A DNA stretch of 64,000 bases from Actinomycetota bacterium (GTDB lineage: Bacteria; Actinomycetota; UBA4738; JACQTL01): positions 128,846-192,845 of the forward strand of contig JBJMLO010000008.1 in NCBI GenBank assembly GCA_045805265.1, read 5' to 3'. Shown one piece after another: positions 24,999 through 34,998 of this stretch (positions within the stretch are counted from its first letter, which is position 1; the number at the start of each line of letters is the position of its first letter). Below the pieces are notes generated by a model. That model did not search any database and had not been told where the DNA came from. It saw only the letters and a program-made list of their open reading frames with translations. A program made the translations under genes and the position numbers.

Positions 24999-27415
24999 CA
25001 CTCGCTCCGCAGCACGACGGACGCGCGGGTGCGCGCGGCGAACCGGCCCGGGACCGCCGCGACCAGGTTCGCCAGCGCCAGCGCCGCGGGGATCGCCAGG
25101 AGCGCGGGAATCAGCGCGACCACCGGCTCGGGCACGACCCCGATCTGGTCTGCGAAGTACGTCCACGTCCACCTGCCCGCGGCGAGCCCGAGTGGCACCC
25201 CGACGACGAGCGCGATCAGGACGACCGCGGTGGCCTGCCACGCCACCGTCGCCGAGACCTGCCGCCGGACGAACCCCAGGGTCTTGAGGATGGCCAGGTC
25301 GCGCCGGCGTCGCCGCACCGACGTCACCAGCATGTGGGCCATCGCGGCGGCCGCCGCCAGGGCGAGCAGCCCGGCCAGGAATAGGGGCAGGGCCTGGATC
25401 CGCCGGAGGTTCCCGAGCTGGGTCCCCTGGCTCGGGGTCTCGGCGACGGCTCCGTACTGCATGAACTCCCGGTTCACCTTGCGGATCTCGGTCGGGATGT
25501 CCGTCCGGGGCGCGAACCGGAACGCGAAGCCGTTCGCCACCGCGCCTGGGTCGATCGTGTGCAGCCCGGCGAGGGTGACGCCCGCGCCCTCCCCGAGGCC
25601 CGGCCCGAAACCGTTGTCGGGGAACACCGCGCGCCCCACCACGCGCATGGTCGTTGGCCGCCCCGCGTGGACCGCGGGGACCAGGTCGCCCACCTCCGCG
25701 TGGATGATCCGCAGGGTCTTGGAACCGAGGGCGATCTCGCGGGCCGACCTGGGCCAGCGCCCCTCCGCGACGGTCGGATGGAGGTTGCCCCGCACCCGTT
25801 GGATGGCCCAGACGTTGACGTTGCTGCCACCCTCCGGGCCAACCTGGATGAACTCGCGGAAGCTCGCGGCGGAGAGATCCGTGATGGCGGGGTCGCGCCG
25901 CAGGCCATTCAACATCGCCGCCGCTGCGTCGGGCCCGACGAAGGGCGAGCCGGTGTCGGCCTGCCAGGTCCACCCGTACAGGCGGGGTGTGTGGAGGAGG
26001 TGATGGAAGCTCGATCCGAAGGTCAGGGCCGCCGCCAGAGCCCCGATCGACAGTGCGGCGCCGACCACCGCGCTCCGCACGGGCGTGGCGGTCCTGCCGC
26101 GGCCGGTCTCCAGGGCCAGGCGGACCCCGGTCACGGCGCTTGGCGGGAACCCGGCACGCGCCACCGCGGCCGCGACCGCCGACGGACGGGCCCGTCCGCT
26201 CAGGTCGGCGGACCCCTGCAGGTCGCCCGGGAGTCGGGCCACCCTCCAGGCGGGCATGACGCCGACGAGGAGCGTGACGGCGACGACGCCGACCACTCCG
26301 CCGAGCAGGACGATCGAGTCAAACGAGAACCCTGGGTGGGGTTCGATCAGACGGGCGAAGTGCCCGAGCGGCATCACCGGGGAGAGTGCCGCCGCCAGCA
26401 CGAACGCGACGACCGCGCCCAGGATCCCGACCATGGCCGTGCGGACGATGGCGACAGCGAACAACTGACGCCGGGTCATGCCGAGGGCGCGCAGCCGCGG
26501 GTTCTCCCCCGATTCCTCGAAAGTCCGGCGCACGAGCGCCTGGCCGAAGATCAGCAGCCCGGCCACCACCGCCAGCCCCGCGAACAGCCACAGCGAGAGG
26601 GCCAGCAGGTGGGTCGACCGTCCGACGAGGATCGCCTCGTTCTCGTTCGAGAAGGAGAAGGCACCCGGCGACACCCGATCGACCGCCCGCTGGAAGGCGG
26701 GCACGTCGGCCAGCCCGTGGCGCAGCCGGACCCCCGCCACCGGAAGCGTCAGGGCCTTGGACACGTACCGTCGGTCGAACTCGGGGCCGACGAACACGTC
26801 CTTGGAGTCGGTCAGCTCCCCGGCCGCGAAGACGACGCCGACCACCCGGACGTGGACCGGTGACAGGAAGTCGCGGCGGCTCAGGGTCCCGGCCAGGGCG
26901 CGCGTCGGATCGATCCCCTTCCTCACCAGGACCAGCTGCAGACGCGCCCCCAGGTGGACCCGGGGATCCTGGTGGGGCTGGTACCCGACGGCGATCTCGT
27001 CGGGCCGGTCAGGGTCGGGGAGCCGCCCCGACAGCAGCTTGGCCCGGATCCCTGGCGCGTGTGGGACGGGCGTGTTGAAGTTCGTGTCCCCGCCCCACAG
27101 CAGGTCGCCGTCAGACGTGCGGGCGACGCCGACCGGGGACGGGACGATGGTGCCGTCGACGACCTCGGGCAACCGGAGGATCGCCGGGAGGTTTGCCGGA
27201 GGGAAGTCGGCCGGCCCCCCCGTGCCGTTGAACACGAACACATCCGGCGGCCTCGTCGCGGCCAGGAACCGCGCGTACGCCGAGTCCGTGCGACGCGCCC
27301 CGGCAGCGGCGGCCAGGGTGACGCCGCCGAACAGGCCGAGCACGAGGGCGAGCGCGATCAGCGACCGCAGGCCCGACCGGAGCTCGGCGCGGAGCCGGGC
27401 CCAGACGGCGGTCAA
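24998..27415 (-). CDS. FtsX/MacB-type ABC permease (1st of four)
   Basis: Same architecture; TTG start 2 nt after the ATPase stop. Confidence 0.87.
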   Translation of the reverse strand: MTAVWARLRAELRSGLRSLIALALVLGLFGGVTLAAAAGARRTDSAYARFLAATRPPDVFVFNGTGGPADFPPANLPAILRLPEVVDGTIVPSPVGVARTSDGDLLWGGDTNFNTPVPHAPGIRAKLLSGRLPDPDRPDEIAVGYQPHQDPRVHLGARLQLVLVRKGIDPTRALAGTLSRRDFLSPVHVRVVGVVFAAGELTDSKDVFVGPEFDRRYVSKALTLPVAGVRLRHGLADVPAFQRAVDRVSPGAFSFSNENEAILVGRSTHLLALSLWLFAGLAVVAGLLIFGQALVRRTFEESGENPRLRALGMTRRQLFAVAIVRTAMVGILGAVVAFVLAAALSPVMPLGHFARLIEPHPGFSFDSIVLLGGVVGVVAVTLLVGVMPAWRVARLPGDLQGSADLSGRARPSAVAAAVARAGFPPSAVTGVRLALETGRGRTATPVRSAVVGAALSIGALAAALTFGSSFHHLLHTPRLYGWTWQADTGSPFVGPDAAAAMLNGLRRDPAITDLSAASFREFIQVGPEGGSNVNVWAIQRVRGNLHPTVAEGRWPRSAREIALGSKTLRIIHAEVGDLVPAVHAGRPTTMRVVGRAVFPDNGFGPGLGEGAGVTLAGLHTIDPGAVANGFAFRFAPRTDIPTEIRKVNREFMQYGAVAETPSQGTQLGNLRRIQALPLFLAGLLALAAAAAMAHMLVTSVRRRRRDLAILKTLGFVRRQVSATVAWQATAVVLIALVVGVPLGLAAGRWTWTYFADQIGVVPEPVVALIPALLAIPAALALANLVAAVPGRFAARTRASVVLRSE

Positions 27416-27417
27416 TT

Positions 27418-28170
27418 TCAGTGCTCCTCGGCCCCGTCGTCGATGGTCCCGAACGTGGGGTCGTGACCGGCGGCCACGCCAACGGGGGTCGCGCCGTCGT
27501 CGATCCGCCCGTCGCGCATCTTGACGATGCGGTCGGCGGCCGCGGCCACCGAGTCGTCGTGGGTGACGAGGAGGATGGCCTGGCCGTCACGGTGCAGCCG
27601 GCGGAACAGCTCCATGACCTCGGCCCCGCCTGCCGAGTCCAGCGCCCCCGTGGGCTCGTCGGCCAGCAGCAGCGTGGGCTGGTTGGCGAGGGCCCGGGCG
27701 ATGGCCAGGCGCTGGCGCTGCCCGCCGGACAGGACGCCGGGGGCCTTTCCGGCCTTGTCGGACAGGCCGAGGAGATCGAGCAGGTCCCGGGCCCTCGTCT
27801 CCGCCTGCCGCCGGGGCATGCCGGCAACGATCGCGGGCAGCGTGACGTTCTCCAGCACGCTCATCCCCTCGAGCAGGTTGAAGAACTGGAACACGATGCC
27901 GATGTGGCGGCGCCGCATCCGGGCCAGGTCGTCCTCGTCCATCCCTCCCAGCGACTCGCCGGCCACCTTGATCTCGCCCTCGGACGGGGTGTCCAGGCCC
28001 GCCACCAGGTTGAGCAGGGTCGACTTCCCGCACCCGGAGGGCCCCATGACCGCGACGAACTCGCCGGCGGCGATGTCCATGTCGACCCCCCGCAGGGCGC
28101 GAACCGGCGCCCCCTCCGCCTCCTCGGACTGGTACGTCTTGCGCAGGCCTCGGACCTCGAGCGTGTCCAC
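27418..28170 (-). CDS. ABC transporter ATP-binding protein (LolD/MacB-like)
   Basis: GPSGCGKST, LSGGQRQR, LLADEPTGALD, VTHD. GTG 28170 with GGAGGA RBS. Confidence 0.92.
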   Translation of the reverse strand: MDTLEVRGLRKTYQSEEAEGAPVRALRGVDMDIAAGEFVAVMGPSGCGKSTLLNLVAGLDTPSEGEIKVAGESLGGMDEDDLARMRRRHIGIVFQFFNLLEGMSVLENVTLPAIVAGMPRRQAETRARDLLDLLGLSDKAGKAPGVLSGGQRQRLAIARALANQPTLLLADEPTGALDSAGGAEVMELFRRLHRDGQAILLVTHDDSVAAAADRIVKMRDGRIDDGATPVGVAAGHDPTFGTIDDGAEEH

Positions 28171-28447
28171 GGCTTCCTCCTCCTCGTCGAGCGTAGGTAC
28201 GAATGCGATCGGATCATCCGCCTCGCGATCGCACGAGGGAAGGGTGGAGGCCGCCGAGGCCGGGAAGGCCTCACCGGGTTCGCCGGTGGTGCTGGCACCC
28301 TGCTCGAGTCCAGGCACGTGCGGGCCGCCCGAACCCCTCCGCGGCGCGCGAGGACCCGCGTGCCGTCCGGGCAGTTCGAGGGAGGGTACCAGCCGACGTT
28401 TACGGCTCCGGCAAGCCGAGCACATACCGGATCGGGTGGAAGGCTCG

Positions 28448-29992
28448 ATGGGATCGTTCCCGCGCGTCGGCCGCCGCCTGGCTTGGCCCGCGGCCGTCCT
28501 CGCGCTGCTGCTCGTCGTGACCTCCTGCGGGACGAGGGTCCCCGACCGGGAGGTCCGCCGCGACCTGGCCCGGACCGCGTTCCGGCAGGGCGGCGCGGGT
28601 CTCGGGGCAGCCGGGCCGGCCCACGGCGGCGGGGTCCACACGACGTCTCGGGCGACGCGGAACCGTGGCGGCGGGAAACATTCCTCCGCCGGGGGCGGGG
28701 GGCACGGGGGTGGAGGGGGATCCGCGCCCGCCGGCGCCGTGGCGGCGGGAGGAGGTGGGGGCGGGGACAGCCGAGGCGGCCGTGGCTCCTCGGGCTCCGG
28801 TGGCTGTTCCGGCGGCTCCACCGACGTGGGCGTCACGGCGACCTCGATCAAGGTGGGGGCGTCCTACGCCGAGTCCAGCCTGATCCCCGGCGAGTTCCGG
28901 CCGGCCGTCGACGCCGTCGGCGCCTACCTCGACTCGGTGAACCGCTCCAGGGGCGTGTGCGGCCGGCGGTTCCAGTACGTCACCTACAACGACGGCCTGG
29001 ACGCGGGGACCTACGAGGCGAACGTCCGCCGCCTGGTCGAGAAGGACAAGGTCTTCTCGCTCCTCGGCAGCCTCTCGGCCGCCGACTCCGGCGGCTGCAA
29101 CTACATGGGGTCCCAGAAGCCGCCGAACGGCGTCCCGGACGTCGGCGCCTTCTCGCTGTCGTATTGCCGGGGGCAGTCGGCCAACTTCCTGTCGCCCGTC
29201 GGTTCCCTCCATCCCGGGCTGTACGGCTGCTGCGCCGAGTGGGACTTCCTCGAGCACAAGTACGGCTTCCACCACCCCGCCGTGCACTACCTGGACGTGG
29301 CGATCTCCCACGACGAGGGCCTGGAGGTCGTCGACAGCCTGGTGCGGACGCTGCACCTCTCCGGCCGGGGCGCCGTCTACCAGGGCGAGCACTCCGCCGC
29401 CCAGTTCGACTACACGGGCGACGTCATCCAGATGCAGCAGCACGGCGTGGACAGCGTGTGGTCCTCGATGGACCTGAACAACGACGTGAAGCTGGTCCGG
29501 GCCATCTGCCAGCAGGGGTGGCATCCGAAGGTCATCCACCTCGAGGTGTCCTCCTACGACCCGTCGCTGCAGGACCGCATCGGGGCGTCGTGCGTGTCCA
29601 GCCAGAACATCTGGATGCGATCGGTGTTCCTGCCGTTCACCAGCTCGAACCCGCAGATCCGGCGCTACGTCGCGACGCTGCACGGGTACTGCTCGAGCTG
29701 CCCGCCGACCACGTTCGGCATGATGGGCTGGCTGTCGGCGGAGATGTTCGTGGACGCCGTGCGGGCCGCGGGCGGCAACCTGACCCGGGCGGCGCTGTAC
29801 CGCCGGCTGGACGCCCTGAGGAACTGGACCGCGGGCGGCGTCATGGGCCCGGTCACGCCCTCCCAGCGGATCCCGTACCACTGCAACACGATGCTGCACG
29901 TGGTGGCGAACGGCTTCGTGCAGGGAAGCGGCATGCTGTGCGGGCCCTTCTACCGCGAGGGCGACTACTCGGGCCCGCCGGCGGCCGGGTGA
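28448..29992 (+). CDS. Liv-type ABC substrate-binding lipoprotein, Cys-rich, with a Gly-rich linker
   Basis: Lipobox-like LVVTSC; STDVGVTATSIKVG; VNRSRGVCGRRF; RRLVEKDKVF; GWLSAEMFVDA. Confidence 0.8.
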   Translation: MGSFPRVGRRLAWPAAVLALLLVVTSCGTRVPDREVRRDLARTAFRQGGAGLGAAGPAHGGGVHTTSRATRNRGGGKHSSAGGGGHGGGGGSAPAGAVAAGGGGGGDSRGGRGSSGSGGCSGGSTDVGVTATSIKVGASYAESSLIPGEFRPAVDAVGAYLDSVNRSRGVCGRRFQYVTYNDGLDAGTYEANVRRLVEKDKVFSLLGSLSAADSGGCNYMGSQKPPNGVPDVGAFSLSYCRGQSANFLSPVGSLHPGLYGCCAEWDFLEHKYGFHHPAVHYLDVAISHDEGLEVVDSLVRTLHLSGRGAVYQGEHSAAQFDYTGDVIQMQQHGVDSVWSSMDLNNDVKLVRAICQQGWHPKVIHLEVSSYDPSLQDRIGASCVSSQNIWMRSVFLPFTSSNPQIRRYVATLHGYCSSCPPTTFGMMGWLSAEMFVDAVRAAGGNLTRAALYRRLDALRNWTAGGVMGPVTPSQRIPYHCNTMLHVVANGFVQGSGMLCGPFYREGDYSGPPAAG

Positions 29993-29996
29993 AGCG

Positions 29997-32003
29997 ATGA
30001 CGCGCCTGCTGCAGATCGCCGTGGCGGCGGTCCCCGTCGGGAGCGTCTATGCGCTGGCCGCCTCCGGGCTGGTCCTCACGTACCGGACGTCGCGGGTCTT
30101 CAACTTCGCCCACGGCGCGGTGGGAATGTTCTGCGCGTTCCTGTTCTACCAGGCGTGGGTGGCCTGGAAGCTCCCGGTGGGCATCGCGTTCGTCCTGGTG
30201 GTGGCCGTGTTCGCGCCGGCCATGGCCCTCCTGCTGGAACGGGTGGTGTTCCGCCGGCTGCGGGACGCCGCGACCTCGGTGAAGGTCGTGGTGACCGTCG
30301 GGCTGCTCATCGCCCTGCAGGGCGGCGCCTCGGCGATCTGGGGCAGCCAGGGCTCGCTGTTCCTTCCGCCGCTGTTCCCCCAGGGCTCGGTGCGGATCGC
30401 GGGCGGGGTGCGGCTGGGGTTCGACCAGCTGGCCATCCTCGCCATCAGCGTGGGCACGATGGTGGTCCTGGGGGCCGTCATCCGGTTCACCCCGTTCGGA
30501 CTGCGGGTCCGGGCCGGCGTCGACCGGCCGGACCTGGCCGAGCTGTCGGGCGTGGACACGGCGCGGGTGTCCGCGATCTCGTGGGCCATCGGGTTCGCCA
30601 CCGCGGCGATGGCCGGCATCCTGCTCTCCCCCACGCTCGGCCTCGACTCCTACACGCTCACGCTGTTCGTGATCCAGGCCTTCGCGGCCGCCCTGATTGG
30701 GCGACTGGAGAGCTTCCCGCTGGTGTTCCTGGGAGGGATGGTCGTGTCGCTGCTGGAGCAGATGGCGACGGCGTACCTGCCGTCGTCGTGCAGCTTGTGC
30801 CTGGCCGTCCGCCCGGCGATCCCGTTCGCGCTGATCTTCGGCCTCCTCGCGTTCGCGGCGATGGTGCCGGGATCGCGGCTGGGGCGGTGGGTCCGCACGG
30901 GAACGGGCGAACCCTCGGCGCCGCCGCCGGTCGCGGCGCGGCCCGGCCCGGGCGGGCGAACCACCGTCGTGGCCGTCGTGGCCGCGCTGGCGGTGGCGGC
31001 GCCCCTGCTCCCGGACGACTGGCTGCTCCGCGAGGAACGGGGGCTGGTGATGGCGGGGGTGTTCGCCAGCCTGGTGCTGCTGTCGGGCCTGTCCGGGCAG
31101 ATCTCGCTGACGCACACGGCGTTCGTGGGGACCGGCGCGTTCACGATGGCCGTCCTGGCCTCGCACGGGGTCCCGTGGCCGGTGGCGCTCGGCGTGGCCG
31201 GGCTGGCCGTGGTCCCGGTCGCGATCTTCGTGGCGCTCCCGGCGATCCGTCTCCAGGGGCTGAACGTGGCGCTGATCACGTTCGGGTTCGGGCTGGTGGT
31301 GGCCCAGGTGTTCCAATCGACGCTGACCGGGGGGACGACCGGCATGACCGCCCCCCGCCCTTCGTTCGCGACGTCGTCGGTGGCGTACTGCTACGTGCTC
31401 CTGGCCGTGGCCACCGCGCTCGTGCTGGTGGTGCGCAACGTGCAGCGCAGCGCCACCGGACGGATCCTCGCTGCGATCCGCGACAGCGAGCCTGCGGCCC
31501 GGTCGATCGGCGTCCGCCTGCCGATCTACCGGCTGGCGGTGTTCGCGCTGTCCGCGTTCATGGCCGCGATCGGGGGCGCGGCGCTCGCGTCCCTGCAGGG
31601 CCTCGTCACGTTCAACGACTTCCACCCACTGTTCTCGCTCATCTGGCTGTCGGTGGCGGTGATCGGCGGGCTGGGCACGGCAGCCGGCGCGGTCGTGGGC
31701 GCGGCGCTCTGGGGGCTGGGCTCGACGTCCGTCGGCGCCCTGCCCCAGGTGGCCTTCGGGCTGGGCGCGATGCTCCTGGCGCACAACGAGCGCGGGATCG
31801 CCGGGGCGTGGCCGGTCGTCCGCCGGGCGCTCGGGCGGGCCGGCGACGTGGCGGGCCGGGCCGCCGCGGCTCACGACGCGCTCCCCCTGGGCGCCGTGCG
31901 CATGCCCTCCCCGCGGGTTCGCACACCGGTGGAGCACCCCGTCGTCGAGCAGCCCGTCGCGGAGGTTCCGGAGTGGGAGGCGACGCCGCATGGCGCTGCT
32001 TGA
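29997..32003 (+). CDS. Fused LivH-LivM-type ABC permease
   Basis: YALAASGLVLTYRTSRVFNFAHG; GLSGQISL; GRILAAIRDSEPAARSIG. Confidence 0.88.
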   Translation: MTRLLQIAVAAVPVGSVYALAASGLVLTYRTSRVFNFAHGAVGMFCAFLFYQAWVAWKLPVGIAFVLVVAVFAPAMALLLERVVFRRLRDAATSVKVVVTVGLLIALQGGASAIWGSQGSLFLPPLFPQGSVRIAGGVRLGFDQLAILAISVGTMVVLGAVIRFTPFGLRVRAGVDRPDLAELSGVDTARVSAISWAIGFATAAMAGILLSPTLGLDSYTLTLFVIQAFAAALIGRLESFPLVFLGGMVVSLLEQMATAYLPSSCSLCLAVRPAIPFALIFGLLAFAAMVPGSRLGRWVRTGTGEPSAPPPVAARPGPGGRTTVVAVVAALAVAAPLLPDDWLLREERGLVMAGVFASLVLLSGLSGQISLTHTAFVGTGAFTMAVLASHGVPWPVALGVAGLAVVPVAIFVALPAIRLQGLNVALITFGFGLVVAQVFQSTLTGGTTGMTAPRPSFATSSVAYCYVLLAVATALVLVVRNVQRSATGRILAAIRDSEPAARSIGVRLPIYRLAVFALSAFMAAIGGAALASLQGLVTFNDFHPLFSLIWLSVAVIGGLGTAAGAVVGAALWGLGSTSVGALPQVAFGLGAMLLAHNERGIAGAWPVVRRALGRAGDVAGRAAAAHDALPLGAVRMPSPRVRTPVEHPVVEQPVAEVPEWEATPHGAA

Positions 32004-32793
32004 GGCGCGGGGGATCTCGGTCCGGTACGCCGGGCTGGTCGCCGCCAACGCGGTGTCGCTGGCGCTCGACCCTGGAGACGTGCTAGGGCTGATCGGGCCG
32101 AACGGCGCCGGGAAGACCACCGTGCTGGGGGCCCTGACCGGGTTCGTCCGGCCGAGCGAGGGGCGGGTGGTCCTGGACGGCCGGGACGTGACCGAGTGGA
32201 CGCCCGAGCGGCGGGCGGCCCACGGCCTGGCCCGGACGTTCCAGCGCCTCGAGCTCTTCCGGACGATGACCGTGTTCGACAACCTGCTGGTCGCCGCCGA
32301 GGCCCGGTTCGCCGAGGCCGAGTTCATCGCGGACCTGGCCGGGCGGAGCCGCCGGGGGAAGGCCGAGCTGGCGGCCGCCCAGGTGCTGACGCGACTCGGG
32401 CTGCGTCCGGTCGCGGACCGTGTCGCGGACGAGCTGCCGCTCGGGATCGGCCGCCTCGTGGAGATCGCCCGCGCGCTGTGCACCGGGCCGCGGATCCTCC
32501 TGCTGGACGAGCCGGCGAGCGGCCTGGACGAGGCCGAGACGGAGCGGCTGCGGGCCGTGCTTAGGGAGATCGCCCGCGACGACGGGCTGGGGATCCTCCT
32601 CGTCGAGCACGACCTGCCGATCGTCATGGACCTGTGCGACCGCGTGGCGGTCATGGACTTCGGTTCCCTCATCGCCGAGGGGACTCCCGAGGAGATCCGT
32701 CGCGACCCCGAGGTGCAGGCGGCGTATCTCGGGACGGAATTGCGCTCGGACGAGGGGAAGGAGGTGCGCGGTGCCGGCGCTGCTCGCGGCTGA
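31990..32793 (+). CDS. LivG-like ABC ATP-binding protein
   Basis: GPNGAGKTT; ARTFQ; LLLDEPASG; VEHD; AEGTPEEIRRDPEVQAAYLG. Confidence 0.9.
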   Translation: MALLEARGISVRYAGLVAANAVSLALDPGDVLGLIGPNGAGKTTVLGALTGFVRPSEGRVVLDGRDVTEWTPERRAAHGLARTFQRLELFRTMTVFDNLLVAAEARFAEAEFIADLAGRSRRGKAELAAAQVLTRLGLRPVADRVADELPLGIGRLVEIARALCTGPRILLLDEPASGLDEAETERLRAVLREIARDDGLGILLVEHDLPIVMDLCDRVAVMDFGSLIAEGTPEEIRRDPEVQAAYLGTELRSDEGKEVRGAGAARG

Positions 32794-33469
32794 GGACGTC
32801 TCCGCCTCCTACGGCGGCCTCCGGGCGCTGGCCGACGTGTCCGTGGCCGTCCCCGAGCGGTCCCTGGCCGCCGTCCTCGGTCCCAACGGCGCGGGCAAGA
32901 GCACGCTCCTTCGCGTGCTGGCCGGCCTGCACCGGCCCCGGGCCGGGCGCGTTCGCTTCCGGGGCAACGACATCACCGGCCTCCCGGCGCACCGCGTGGC
33001 CCGGGCCGGCGTGGTGCTGGTCCCGGAGGGCCGGTCGGTGTTCCCCTCGCTCTCGGTGGCCGACAACCTCCGGCTGGCCGGCGCGAAGGGCGAGCGGTTC
33101 GACGAGGTCGCGGCCGCCTTTCCCGTCCTCGCCGGGCGGCTCCGGCAGACCGCGGGGACCCTGTCCGGCGGCGAGCAGCAGATGCTGGCGGTGGCCCGGG
33201 CCATGGCCGCCGGCGCCGACGTCCTGCTGCTGGACGAGCCGTCCCTGGGGCTCGCCCCGAGGCTCGTGGAACGCGTCCTGGAATCCGTGCGGAACCTCCG
33301 GGACGAGGGAAGAACCATCGTGTTGGTGGAGCAGTACGTGAGCAGGGCGCTGGAGATGGCCGACGTCGCGTACGTCCTGGACAAGGGCCGGGTCGCATTC
33401 GCCGGGGAGCCCCGCGAGCTCGAGGGGCACCGGGTCCTGGAACGCGCGTACCTGGGGGTCGCCTCGTGA
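32771..33469 (+). CDS. LivF-like ABC ATP-binding protein
   Basis: GPNGAGKST; VPEGRSVF; LSGGEQQML; LDEPSLGLAP; VEQ. Confidence 0.9.
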   Translation: MPALLAAEDVSASYGGLRALADVSVAVPERSLAAVLGPNGAGKSTLLRVLAGLHRPRAGRVRFRGNDITGLPAHRVARAGVVLVPEGRSVFPSLSVADNLRLAGAKGERFDEVAAAFPVLAGRLRQTAGTLSGGEQQMLAVARAMAAGADVLLLDEPSLGLAPRLVERVLESVRNLRDEGRTIVLVEQYVSRALEMADVAYVLDKGRVAFAGEPRELEGHRVLERAYLGVAS

Positions 33470-34998
33470 GACGGAGAGGGCGGGCTCGGGCCGCGGGGCT
33501 GTTGCTGAGCCCGATCCTGGCGTTCTGGGCCGTGGCCGGGGCGGCGGGGGGCGCCCGCGCCTCGGGCTCTGCCGAGCAGCTGTTCCGGGCGTCCGCCACG
33601 GCCACGGCCGTCCACGGGTTCTACGACCACCAGGGCCTGTTCCCGGTCCCGATCGGGAACCTCGACGTGCCGCAGAGCGAGGTGACGCTCGAACCCGGCC
33701 CCGCCACCACGGCGATGGGGTCGTTCCTGTGGGATCCGCAGGCGGCCGAGCTGGGGACGATCTTCTGCGAGCTCTCGAACGGCCAGGCGTGCGGGCTCCC
33801 CAACTACCCCTTCGTGGCCCAGGCCACGTATCCGCCGTCGGGCAAGCACGCCGAGCCCCCGGCCCTCGATGTCTCGGACCCGAGGTCGCCGGTCGAGGTC
33901 CGGGGAGCGGACGAGCACGCGACCGCGCTGGCCACCCGGGCGGGCGCCGACGCCTCGGTCGCCGGCCTGGCGGCCATCCCGATGACGGCGTCGCAGCGAG
34001 CGGCGGCGCGCCGGCTGTCGCTGGCCATCCGGGCCGTGCGGGCCGTCCGGCTGGCGAGCGGCGGCGTCGGCGGTGGCATTCCGGGCCTCCCCTCGGCCTC
34101 CCCGTCTCCCTCGAGCGGGGGAGGAGGCACGACCACCAGGTGGCTCGTCGAGATCGACGCAGCCACGTCGTCGTCGACGCTCACCACCGGAAGCGGCTTC
34201 GCGTCGGCCTCGGCGTCCTCGGAGGTCCACGGCCTGTCGCTCCTCGGCGGGACCGTCACGCTGCGATCCGCGACCGGCGACGCCTCGGCCTCCCAGGGGC
34301 GCGTTCCCGGCGGCCGGGCAGCCGCGCGATGGGCCGGCCTCTCGGTCGGGGGCTACGCGGCCACCGTGGGGCCCGACGGGATCCAGATCCAGGACCGCCG
34401 GCTGGGAGGGCCACAGCTCCGGCAGCTCCAGGACGCGGTGAACGGCGCCCTGTCCCGGGCCGGCCTGTCGCTGTCCCGCGGATCGCACACCGCGCGCCGC
34501 CAAGGCGAAGCGGTCGTCGCGGAGTCCTGGGCGTTGTCCATCGACTACGCACACCAGAACGTTCCCTCGAGCGCGCCGCAGGGCGCGGGCGGGCAGGACG
34601 TGCTCCAGATCCCCGTGGGGTATGCATGGGCCTCGGCCGAGCGGGCCTCGTTCCGGGCGCCCCCCACGTTCCCTGCACCGTCCCTCGGTCCGGTTCCGGT
34701 GCCGCCGGGCGGTCAGGGGGTTCCGCCGGCGCCCCCGGGCGGGACCGGCGTCGGTCCCGGCGGAGGCGGAGTCGGCGGCGCCCCGAACGCCGGCCTCGGC
34801 CCGCCGCCACCGAAGCATGCGGGCAACTCCCGAGTGGGGTCACGCCGGACCTCGCGGTTCCTGCCGGTGGTGGGCACGCTGGACCACGGCATCCCGGCCC
34901 GGTCGGTCGTGTTGCTCGCGCTGGCGGGGGTAGCTTTCGTGGTGGGCATGACCGGGCTCAAGACGATGGAGTCGCTCACGGAGGGCATCCGCCGATGA
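33466..34998 (+). CDS. Secreted, C-terminally membrane-anchored hypothetical protein
   Basis: Signal peptide, Ala/Ser-rich beta-like body, Pro/Gly linker and a C-terminal TM helix; GTGA overlap with the upstream gene. Confidence 0.7.
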   Translation: MRRRGRARAAGLLLSPILAFWAVAGAAGGARASGSAEQLFRASATATAVHGFYDHQGLFPVPIGNLDVPQSEVTLEPGPATTAMGSFLWDPQAAELGTIFCELSNGQACGLPNYPFVAQATYPPSGKHAEPPALDVSDPRSPVEVRGADEHATALATRAGADASVAGLAAIPMTASQRAAARRLSLAIRAVRAVRLASGGVGGGIPGLPSASPSPSSGGGGTTTRWLVEIDAATSSSTLTTGSGFASASASSEVHGLSLLGGTVTLRSATGDASASQGRVPGGRAAARWAGLSVGGYAATVGPDGIQIQDRRLGGPQLRQLQDAVNGALSRAGLSLSRGSHTARRQGEAVVAESWALSIDYAHQNVPSSAPQGAGGQDVLQIPVGYAWASAERASFRAPPTFPAPSLGPVPVPPGGQGVPPAPPGGTGVGPGGGGVGGAPNAGLGPPPPKHAGNSRVGSRRTSRFLPVVGTLDHGIPARSVVLLALAGVAFVVGMTGLKTMESLTEGIRR

